From: Oligoflexales bacterium
GTDB taxonomy: Bacteria; Bdellovibrionota_B; Oligoflexia; Oligoflexales; RGVZ01
Assembly: GCA_044236265.1 (NCBI GenBank)
Contig: JBIIGV010000074.1
Location: forward strand, 1 to 14,104
Length of the DNA stretch: 14,104 bases
Direction of reading: 5' to 3'
The position numbers were made by a program, and so were the translations under genes. Below the pieces are notes generated by a model, which did no database searches, was not told the DNA's origin, and worked only from the letters and a program-made list of their open reading frames with translations. Positions 7,553 through 14,104 of this stretch are shown one piece after another (positions within the stretch are counted from its first letter, which is position 1; the number at the start of each line of letters is the position of its first letter).

Positions 7553-8220
7553 TGTCGACTTTACATCCCCAAATAATGGTCATCGATCCTGGAGTTAAGA
7601 CACCAGAGCTCGACACATTCAACAACATCGCCGCCATGACGGGTATCAGCTCCGGCTATCATCTACCCGCCATGTTTGGCTTTACATCATTCCCTGATGA
7701 TCTCAGCTCAGTAAAAGCCGTTATTATTTTGGGAAGTGCTTCGAGTGTTCATGAGCGCTTACCATGGCAGATTGAGCTCGAAGACCGCGTGAAAACGATG
7801 ATTGACCTTGGAATTCCTGTTTTGGGCTGCTGCTATGGCCACCAGATGCTGGCATTCATGTATGGTGGTGATGTCTCTTATGTTCACACAGACCAAGCCA
7901 AGCTAAAAGGTGTTAGATCAGTTGATGTCATGCAAAACCCCGTGTGGAACAAGGGAGTGCGCAGGATGATCGTCACACACAATGAGCGTGTAACCCGAGT
8001 TCCCTCTGATTTTCAGGTCATCGCGTCATCTCCAGAAGTGCCTATTGATGGTTTCATGCACAAAACCAAGCCTGTATTTGGATTTCAGTCGCACCCAGAG
8101 GCAACAGAAGTTTTTTTAAAAGGTCATGAAATGCTTGATGCTCAAGCGATTGAAGCACTTCCAGATGGTCACAACATCTTGCGGGATTTTGTGCACATGG
8201 CGGTTGGTAAATCGACCTAA
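7552..8220 (+). CDS. Class I glutamine amidotransferase-like protein (stand-alone)
   Basis: AVIILGS oxyanion strand, nucleophile elbow PVLGCCYGHQML, and GFQSHPE (Cys-His-Glu triad intact). Confidence 0.92.
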   Translation: MSTLHPQIMVIDPGVKTPELDTFNNIAAMTGISSGYHLPAMFGFTSFPDDLSSVKAVIILGSASSVHERLPWQIELEDRVKTMIDLGIPVLGCCYGHQMLAFMYGGDVSYVHTDQAKLKGVRSVDVMQNPVWNKGVRRMIVTHNERVTRVPSDFQVIASSPEVPIDGFMHKTKPVFGFQSHPEATEVFLKGHEMLDAQAIEALPDGHNILRDFVHMAVGKST

Positions 8221-8321
8221 AATTGCCCGGCAGTCTTGAAGTAGGCAATGGATTCCGAGTGCTCTAAAAATTTATTCTGCTTTGATTTCAGATGCTTGCG
8301 CTTTTAAGTTCAAGTGGCGAC

Positions 8322-8348
8322 TTAATTTTTTTCACCAAATGACGATCC
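8322..8348 (+). promoter_or_regulatory. Putative sigma28 (FliA) promoter of flagellin
   Basis: TTAA (8322-8325), exactly 15 nt, then GACGATCC (8341-8348), against consensus TAAA-N15-GCCGATAA. It lies about 60 nt upstream of a flagellin ATG. Confidence 0.65.
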
Positions 8349-8392
8349 CCCCACTTGAAGATCACATGATGTGATCTGTGCGTCAAACCCTA

Positions 8393-8405
8393 TGACAGGA
8401 GGTCA
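8393..8405 (+). promoter_or_regulatory. Shine-Dalgarno in a hairpin loop, putative CsrA site
   Basis: TGAC-AGGAG-GTCA places GGA in the loop of a 4-bp stem over the RBS, as known for CsrA-controlled flagellin leaders. Confidence 0.5.
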
Positions 8406-8410
8406 GTATT

Positions 8411-9343
8411 ATGGGCTTGAGAATTAGAACAAACGTTGCGTCGCTTACCGCGCAGCGTCGCCTCGGACAGAGCACCGAAGCGCTTCAAGGTAGCATGAGT
8501 AAGTTGTCCAGTGGATCACGCATCAACAAAGCTGCAGATGATGCCGCCGGACTTGCAATCTCCGAAAACCTGCGCGCTGATGTCCGTGGATTGAACGTTG
8601 CCAAGCGCAACGCTCTCGACGGTGTATCGATGGTGCAAACAGCAGAAGGTGGTCTTGAAGAGACAACCAACATGCTGGTTCGCCTTCGTGAACTTGCAGT
8701 GCAGTCAGCTTCGGACACCATCGGTAAGCAAGAGCGTGAGTTCCTCAATAAGGAATACGTTCAGCTGAAAGATGAAATCGATCGTATCGCTCTCTCAACC
8801 GAATTCAACGGCACACACCTTCTTATGGGTGAAAACGCTGGCGAATATGGTGACGAGTTGTTGACCGGCAACACCGGCGACAGCCCAATGGACATTCAAG
8901 TTGGTAAGGATTACTTCTCGGACAACGACAGCGTTGGCAACCGTAATCCGATCAACATTATCCGCATCGACATGAGCAAGCTGAACGCGTTCACTGATGG
9001 CGAGGGATCCCTCAATATCGGTCGCGCTGACGAAGGAACGAACGTTCTGACGAAGCAATCAGCCCAGACATCGATCGAATCTCTGGATGGAGCAATCAAC
9101 CGTGTGAACGAGCAGCGCGCTTACCTCGGTTCTATTCAAAATCGTTTCACATCGACGATTGCCAACTTGGGATCTCAGATTGAGAATCTTGACACAGCTC
9201 GTAGCCGTATCCGTGATACTGATTACGCTAGTGAGACTGCGACATTCACTCAGAACAATATTCTTCAGCAAGCTGGTACCTCGGTTCTTGGCCAAGCTAA
9301 CCAGATGCCTCAGATCGCTCTGAGCCTGTTGAATAACCTGTGA
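8411..9343 (+). CDS. fliC: Flagellin, 310 aa
   Basis: N-terminal MGLRIRTNVASL.AQ..L, KLSSGSRINKAADDAAGLAISE, QTAEGGL, RLRELAVQSA. C-terminal RAYLGSIQNRF, SRIRDTDYASE, ILQQAGTSVLGQANQMPQIALSLL. Confidence 0.99.
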   Translation: MGLRIRTNVASLTAQRRLGQSTEALQGSMSKLSSGSRINKAADDAAGLAISENLRADVRGLNVAKRNALDGVSMVQTAEGGLEETTNMLVRLRELAVQSASDTIGKQEREFLNKEYVQLKDEIDRIALSTEFNGTHLLMGENAGEYGDELLTGNTGDSPMDIQVGKDYFSDNDSVGNRNPINIIRIDMSKLNAFTDGEGSLNIGRADEGTNVLTKQSAQTSIESLDGAINRVNEQRAYLGSIQNRFTSTIANLGSQIENLDTARSRIRDTDYASETATFTQNNILQQAGTSVLGQANQMPQIALSLLNNL

Positions 9344-9375
9344 TGAGTTGATTCTCAAGTATCTGTTCAGAAGTA

Positions 9376-9432
9376 TCTTCTGTCTTTCACGCGGGGGGAG
9401 GTCCCTCCCCCCGCTATTTAAAAAACAGAAGA
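9376..9432. terminator. GC-rich hairpin / terminator between convergent fliC and ABC-F genes
   Basis: Inner stem GCGGGGGGAG-gtcc-CTCCCCCCGC (9391-9414) and outer stem TCTTCTGT (9376-9383) / ACAGAAGA (9425-9432). Confidence 0.7.
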
Positions 9433-9456
9433 CCCAGGGAAAGTGTTTGTAAATGG

Positions 9457-11289
9457 TCAGTCCTTGAGTTTTGCTTCGAGTTCTGCCCAGCGTGTGTAAA
9501 GCTGATCGATGGTTGATTGTGCCAATTCCACAGCCCTGCAGGCTTCTTGAAGCTTGACGGAATTAGAGGATATGGCAGGGTCTTGAGCCTTGGTCTGCGC
9601 GAGAGCGAGTGCGTCTTCGGCATTCATGATATTTGTTTCCATGGCATCCCACTCTCGTTGTTCCATGTAGGAAAGCTTTTTGGTTTTGTTAATTGTGCGC
9701 TTGGTTTGATTGTTAGAGTCGTCAGGTTTTTGTGTGGATACAGACGAACTGTTTATCTTGCTGGTGCGAAGCAATTCGCGACCGCATTGGTACTTTACGT
9801 ACTGGGAATAGTCTGCGAAAAATCCGTGATCGCCCGAACCATCCAAACCTAAAACTCCGGTCGAAACTCTGTCCATCAGGTAGCGGTCGTGAGTCACCAG
9901 GATTACAGCTCCTGGGAACGATAGTAAGCTCTCTTCCAACGTCTCCAGCGAATCTATATCAAGATCGTTGGTAGGTTCGTCCAGGATCAGCACGTCTGCT
10001 GGTCGCTGAAGCATGCGCGCAATCAAAAGTCGCGCTCTCTCCCCACCTGAAAGTTTATTCACCACAGTTTCGAGTTGCTTGGTGTCAAATCCAAAGGACT
10101 TCGCGTAGGTCGTAACGTGAATGGACCGTCCTTGAGCGTTTACAAAGTCACTATCTTCAGCAAGAGCTCGCTTTAATGTTTGCTGTTCAGGCAGGTCTTC
10201 GCGATGTTGGTCGTAGTAGACAACTTTCAGTTGGTCGGCATGATCAACAGTACCGGTATCGGGTGTCACATTCTTCTGAAGAATCTTCAGTAGTGTGGAC
10301 TTACCGCTACCATTGGGCCCCACCAGACCTAGTCTCATACCAGGTCCCAATAGAAACGAAATATTGCTAAATAGCGTGCGGTCTGAATAGGCCTTGCCGA
10401 CGTCTTTGACTTCAATCAGTTTCTTAGTTTTGCGATGTGAGGCTGAGAACTCAAATTCGACTTTTTGCCGGCGGGTGCGGTTTTGCGTCGATTCCAGGTC
10501 TTCTTTCAACGCCGTAGCAGATTTAATGCGGGCCTGTTGCTTGGTGCTTCGGGCTTGCGCCCCGCGATTTAACCATTCAGTTTCCATACGTACTTTGTTG
10601 GCCATGCTGGCAATCTGCGACGCCTGTCCTTCCATGAATTCAGCCTTGCGACGCATGTACTCACCATAACCACCTTTGACGATGAAGTTGCCTCCGGGAT
10701 ATAGGCGATTAATATCAACGATCGTGGTGCAGGCATTTTCCAGGAAATAGCGATCATGGCTGATGACGGCGTACGTAAAGTTCGCTTGAGCCAGAAGCTC
10801 TTCCAGCCAATCAATGCCGTCGAGATCCAAGTGATTTGTCGGTTCGTCGAGCAGTAGAAGTTCAGGTTCCCGAATCAACTGCACGCAAATCGCTAGTCTC
10901 TTCTTCCAGCCGCCTGAGAGTTTGGTGGCCTCTGCGTCTGCATCTTGAAAACCGGCACGTCCAATCATGGACTCGATTCGTCCAAGATCACTAGCCCGTC
11001 GATCAATACCCACAGCTGCTGTCAAAACGTCGCGAACTGATTTACCCGCAGGAAATTCGTCATGCTGAGCTACATAGCCTGTGCTGAGCCCCCGTCTATT
11101 CGAAATAATCCCGCTATCGGCAGCGTCTATTCCAGCAAGTATCTTCAGCAGCGTTGACTTACCCGCACCGTTCGGTCCGATAATTCCGATGCGATCGCCA
11201 TCGTGAATTGTAAATTCCATATCCTTAAACACCGGAACAAGTCCGAAGGTCTTGGTTATGGCTTGGCAGTTAATGATCGGAGCGGACAT
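9457..11289 (-). CDS. uup: ABC-F family ATPase, Uup-like
   Basis: Two ABC cassettes (GPNGAGKST / LSGGWKKR / LLLDEPTNHLD and GPNGSGKST / LSGGERAR / LILDEPTNDLD), linker EWLNRGAQARSTKQQARI, C-terminal KKLSYMEQRE...RWAELE coiled coil, and no TM segments. Confidence 0.92.
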   Translation of the reverse strand: MSAPIINCQAITKTFGLVPVFKDMEFTIHDGDRIGIIGPNGAGKSTLLKILAGIDAADSGIISNRRGLSTGYVAQHDEFPAGKSVRDVLTAAVGIDRRASDLGRIESMIGRAGFQDADAEATKLSGGWKKRLAICVQLIREPELLLLDEPTNHLDLDGIDWLEELLAQANFTYAVISHDRYFLENACTTIVDINRLYPGGNFIVKGGYGEYMRRKAEFMEGQASQIASMANKVRMETEWLNRGAQARSTKQQARIKSATALKEDLESTQNRTRRQKVEFEFSASHRKTKKLIEVKDVGKAYSDRTLFSNISFLLGPGMRLGLVGPNGSGKSTLLKILQKNVTPDTGTVDHADQLKVVYYDQHREDLPEQQTLKRALAEDSDFVNAQGRSIHVTTYAKSFGFDTKQLETVVNKLSGGERARLLIARMLQRPADVLILDEPTNDLDIDSLETLEESLLSFPGAVILVTHDRYLMDRVSTGVLGLDGSGDHGFFADYSQYVKYQCGRELLRTSKINSSSVSTQKPDDSNNQTKRTINKTKKLSYMEQREWDAMETNIMNAEDALALAQTKAQDPAISSNSVKLQEACRAVELAQSTIDQLYTRWAELEAKLKD

Positions 11290-11636
11290 TATTGAGATTG
11301 AGTGATCGATTCCAGTCGCTGTACGGGAAGATGGTGAGGGTTATCATCTGATCCAGAAACAGCATAATACGTGGTTGCAGCGTATTTTGTACTACGAAGA
11401 ATCTTTTTTACGATGATTGACATGTCGCGGTCGGGTGAGGTCGATAGCTTTGCTAGGAGCTCCGTCGTCGAGGTTGTTACATTGTATATATCGCCACCTG
11501 CCGGAACTGGTGCAGCCTCCGCTTCGAGTGCCAGTCGTAAATCTGAAACGGAAATAGCCTCACTGGCCAATGCGTCTTTGAGCATCTCTGTCAGGGATTT
11601 TAAATTTGATTCAACGAGGCCGCTGATGTAGGACAT
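11289..11636 (-). CDS. Hypothetical protein, 115 aa
   Basis: AGGAG RBS upstream of ATG 11636. TAATG stop/start overlap with the ABC-F gene. No motif recognised. Confidence 0.8.
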   Translation of the reverse strand: MSYISGLVESNLKSLTEMLKDALASEAISVSDLRLALEAEAAPVPAGGDIYNVTTSTTELLAKLSTSPDRDMSIIVKKILRSTKYAATTYYAVSGSDDNPHHLPVQRLESITQSQ

Positions 11637-11788
11637 GAGTGAAGCTCCTTTGAGATTCCGATGTTTACTCGCTCGTCACGGAAGTTTCAGTATAAAAATT
11701 GACTGGATGAACTCTCTGGAATTTTACGTCATATTGACCCGTAAGCCATCAGATTTTTTAAAAGAAAGGCGATCACGGTGACAAAAAA

Positions 11789-12646
11789 ATGAACAAGCCA
11801 CTAACACCTTTTGAACAAAGGGTTCTGGTTCACAAGGGCACGGAACCGCCGCACACTGGCCTCTATACGAACCTCAAGGCTTCTGGGACCTATCACTGTA
11901 AAGCTTGCGACGCACCCCTGTACCGATCGGCTGATAAGTTTGACTCCCACTGTGGATGGCCAAGCTTTGACGACGAAGTTCAGGGCGCTGTGACAAGGGT
12001 TCCAGATGCTGATGGTCGACGGACTGAAATAGTTTGCTCTCGCTGCAAGGGACACTTGGGCCATGTGTTTTTGGGCGAAGGATTTACGCAAAAAGATACG
12101 CGTCATTGCGTTAATAGTGTGAGTTTGCGATTTGTCGCAGATAATGTGGCTCGGACAAAAGAAGCGCTTTTTGCTAGTGGTTGTTTTTGGGGTACGGAAT
12201 ATTTTTTGGCGCGTATTCCCGGTGTTATCAAAACATCTGTTGGTTATGCGGGCGGCCATTTGGAAAATCCGGATTACGAAACTGTTTGCACTGGCTCCAC
12301 GGGACATGTTGAGTGTGTGCAGGTCATCTACGAGCCCCAGAAAGTAAGCTACGAGACACTGTGTAAATTATTTTTTGAGACGCACAATTTTTCTCAAACT
12401 GACGGTCAGGGTCCCGATATTGGTTCGCAGTATCTATCAAGAATTTTTTGCGAAGACTCAGAAGAGGAGTCGATTGCTCGCGCTGTGGTGACAAAATTAA
12501 AAGACATGGGTTACGACGTTGCGACTGAAATCGTCGGAACTGCCAAGTTTTGGCCCGCGGAGGACTATCATCAAAATTATTACGAACGGCAGGGTAAGAC
12601 TCCTTACTGCCATGTGTACCGAAATATTTTTGACAGAAAAAAATAA
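11789..12646 (+). CDS. msrAB: Bifunctional peptide methionine sulfoxide reductase, MsrB-MsrA fusion
   Basis: N-terminal MsrB (GTEPPH, CKAC, KFDSHCGWPSF, CSRC, HLGHVF, RHCVNS) and C-terminal MsrA (ASGCFWG, GYAGG, YETVCTGSTGHVE, DIGSQY, AEDYHQNYY). Confidence 0.97.
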   Translation: MNKPLTPFEQRVLVHKGTEPPHTGLYTNLKASGTYHCKACDAPLYRSADKFDSHCGWPSFDDEVQGAVTRVPDADGRRTEIVCSRCKGHLGHVFLGEGFTQKDTRHCVNSVSLRFVADNVARTKEALFASGCFWGTEYFLARIPGVIKTSVGYAGGHLENPDYETVCTGSTGHVECVQVIYEPQKVSYETLCKLFFETHNFSQTDGQGPDIGSQYLSRIFCEDSEEESIARAVVTKLKDMGYDVATEIVGTAKFWPAEDYHQNYYERQGKTPYCHVYRNIFDRKK

Positions 12647-12680
12647 GTCATACGGCCCGATGTCGGTAGTCGTATGACTT
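12645..12680. terminator. Hairpin between convergent msrAB and rpmF
   Basis: 12-bp stem AAGTCATACGGC / GTCGTATGACTT. On the minus strand it is followed by a T-run (complement of the A-run at about 12637-12643). Confidence 0.7.
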
Positions 12681-12715
12681 GAAAGTCAGCTAGTTCTGTT
12701 AACGTTCACTCGAAC

Positions 12716-12931
12716 TTATTGTTGAGTAAAGTCTTCGCCCTGCCAAGCGGTTTTGGCTTTTGGAGCCATGACAACTTTGCCCTTGTAGGAGCCGCAGTTG
12801 GCGCAAACTGAATGTGGACGGTAAACCGATCCGCAGCTTTTGCAAACCGAGGATCCGGGAGCAGTCAAAAAATGATGAGCGCGACGCATGTCTCGCTTTG
12901 ATTTCGAAGTTCTAAACTTTGGCACTGCCAT
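12716..12931 (-). CDS. rpmF: 50S ribosomal protein L32, Zn-binding (C+) form
   Basis: [23 protein letters not shown]...[24 protein letters not shown]. Lies downstream of yceD as usual. Confidence 0.98.
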   Translation of the reverse strand: MAVPKFRTSKSKRDMRRAHHFLTAPGSSVCKSCGSVYRPHSVCANCGSYKGKVVMAPKAKTAWQGEDFTQQ

Positions 12932-13032
12932 GGGAAAACACTCCTTACAGAGGATTCAGTCAAACCTGCTCAAGTCAGGGTCCTTGGATTTATTGGATTC
13001 AAGCCGATGGGTCAAGTCAAATCTGATAAGTT

Positions 13033-13557
13033 TCAGGACTTTTTCAAATTTTTGAGTACGGCAAAGGGTGACTCGGTCCTAAAATCCTTGCTGTCTTTGA
13101 AAACGAGGCCATCGTCGGACTCAGTTTGCGAATGACAGTTCGAGGATAGACACAGAATATTGCCTGGCAATGCGCATTGAAGGGCGTCATTGACCAAGAC
13201 TTCAAGATCGACCTCACCATTTTCGATAAAATAAACCTCGAGATCTTCGGCCGAGAGACTTATTTCACGAGGGATATTAGTCTCATAAGCCGGTCTAAAG
13301 GTTGCTGCAACATCCGTTTCAACAGGTACATGGACGTCCTCGCCGCAGCGATCACAAGGCAGAAATGCCTGAGCACTCAGGTGACCGGTGACCAGAATAA
13401 AACCAGCGGTGTCACGTTGCAGTGAAAGCTGTCCGTGAACTTGCGATTTTTCGGGGGCTGCTGGGCTCAGGTCGCGAGCCATAAGTTGCATCCAAGGCTC
13501 TCCCGGGGATACGGTGACCTTGTGCGGATATTTTGTATTGTCGACAGCTATTTTCAT
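13033..13557 (-). CDS. yceD: DUF177/YceD family protein (large ribosomal subunit accumulation protein)
   Basis: PCDRC motif, GEVDLEVLVNDAL..LP..ILC...C, C-terminal SPFAVLKNLK, and the conserved position upstream of rpmF. Confidence 0.93.
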   Translation of the reverse strand: MKIAVDNTKYPHKVTVSPGEPWMQLMARDLSPAAPEKSQVHGQLSLQRDTAGFILVTGHLSAQAFLPCDRCGEDVHVPVETDVAATFRPAYETNIPREISLSAEDLEVYFIENGEVDLEVLVNDALQCALPGNILCLSSNCHSQTESDDGLVFKDSKDFRTESPFAVLKNLKKS

Positions 13558-13798
13558 ACTTCAAAAACCTGTAAATCAGGGTTCTGAGGCTGATCTATAC
13601 CGGTTCACGTGTCTCTGTCCACAGTGAATCTCATCCTGAAAATAAGCAAAAACCATGAGAAAAAGCCTTTTAAATCCATATTATTCATAATTTATCCCTA
13701 GCCTGGACCTTTTGCATTTCCACGATTTGCCGATCTATACTGCGGTAATTGTTGTAATTTTTTGACTTAGATCGCTCAAAAGTAAAGGTTGCGAGTTG

Positions 13799-14104
13799 AT
13801 GAGTATGCGTTGGGTCGTCTTCTCTGGAGGAGCTCAATTAGGTCCGTGGAGTGCAACACGAATTCGTGATGAACTTCGCTTAGGGCGTATCGATCCGTTT
13901 GATCTCGTCGCCATCGAGGGCGGGCAGATTAAAAGACCGCTACTCGAAGTCGACGAGATCTTTGAAACTGCGCAAGTGCAACCAGCGGCATTGATTAATG
14001 ATCATGACGATGACCGCAAAGTCTCGTCTTCTGATGTCACTCCACAATCTCCGCAATCAGCTAAAGATCCTCTGCTAAAAATTGTTAAGGACGGTCAAAC
14101 ATGG
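13799..14104 (+). CDS. GYF_2 (DUF4339)-domain protein, N-terminal part (3' truncated)
   Basis: Translated by hand: MSMRWVVFSGGAQLGPWSATRIRDELRLGRIDPFDLVAIEGGQIKRPLLEVDEIF..., open to the window end. It matches the W..G...GP.S...L..G.I...LV..EG pattern. Start is ATG 13799 or 13805. Confidence 0.75.
   Translation, partial: MSMRWVVFSGGAQLGPWSATRIRDELRLGRIDPFDLVAIEGGQIKRPLLEVDEIFETAQVQPAALINDHDDDRKVSSSDVTPQSPQSAKDPLLKIVKDGQTW

Noticed and set aside
8359..8377. CRP site (the palindrome arms equal the CRP consensus half-sites)
   Set aside because: The half-sites are in swapped order (TCACA-N3-TGTGA), not TGTGA-N6-TCACA.
8485..9358. Antisense ORFs across flagellin, including abutting same-frame ORFs 8795-9058 and 9059-9358
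   Set aside because: They are shadows of a strongly codon-biased gene, with no recognisable motifs.
9517..12347. Short alternative-frame and antisense ORFs inside the ABC-F, 115-aa and msrAB genes
   Set aside because: They overlap better-supported genes completely and show no motifs.
1..13557. Apparent themes (ribosome-related HPF, RimI, Uup, L32, YceD; methionine-related MetH, MsrAB; PMI plus GT9 for LPS) as one system
   Set aside because: The genes lie in separate, differently oriented transcription units split by terminators, which fits ordinary housekeeping mosaicism.
1..14104. CRISPR array, IS/transposase, prophage, tRNA/rRNA
   Set aside because: I saw no regularly spaced repeats, no transposase, integrase or phage proteins, and no cloverleaf or rRNA-like sequence.

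Overview
This is a gene-dense bacterial chromosomal window of mostly housekeeping genes. The flagellin N-terminus, the HPF N-terminus, the GYF_2 protein and the short Cys-paired secreted protein suggest Bdellovibrionota/Oligoflexia or a related deltaproteobacteria-like lineage, but that is inference only. In order it holds: the 3' half of metH; a secreted 130-aa orphan; an HPF/RaiA-like protein with an unusual C-terminal tail; a minus-strand operon (SurA-N-like protein, RimI-like GNAT, GT9 heptosyltransferase-like); HU; a minus-strand cluster (HIT hydrolase, class I mannose-6-phosphate isomerase-like, small acidic protein); a zinc-ribbon-like protein coupled to a class I glutamine amidotransferase; a solo flagellin with a sigma28-like promoter and structured leader; a hypothetical protein coupled to a Uup-type ABC-F ATPase; an MsrB-MsrA fusion; yceD-rpmF; and the 5' end of a GYF_2-domain gene that the ORF track misses. 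I see no mobile element, CRISPR array, tRNA or rRNA, and I cannot support a clearly novel multi-gene system. The best leads are the flagellin promoter/leader architecture, the tailed HPF, the zinc-ribbon/GATase pair, and the degenerate motifs in the HIT and PMI pair.
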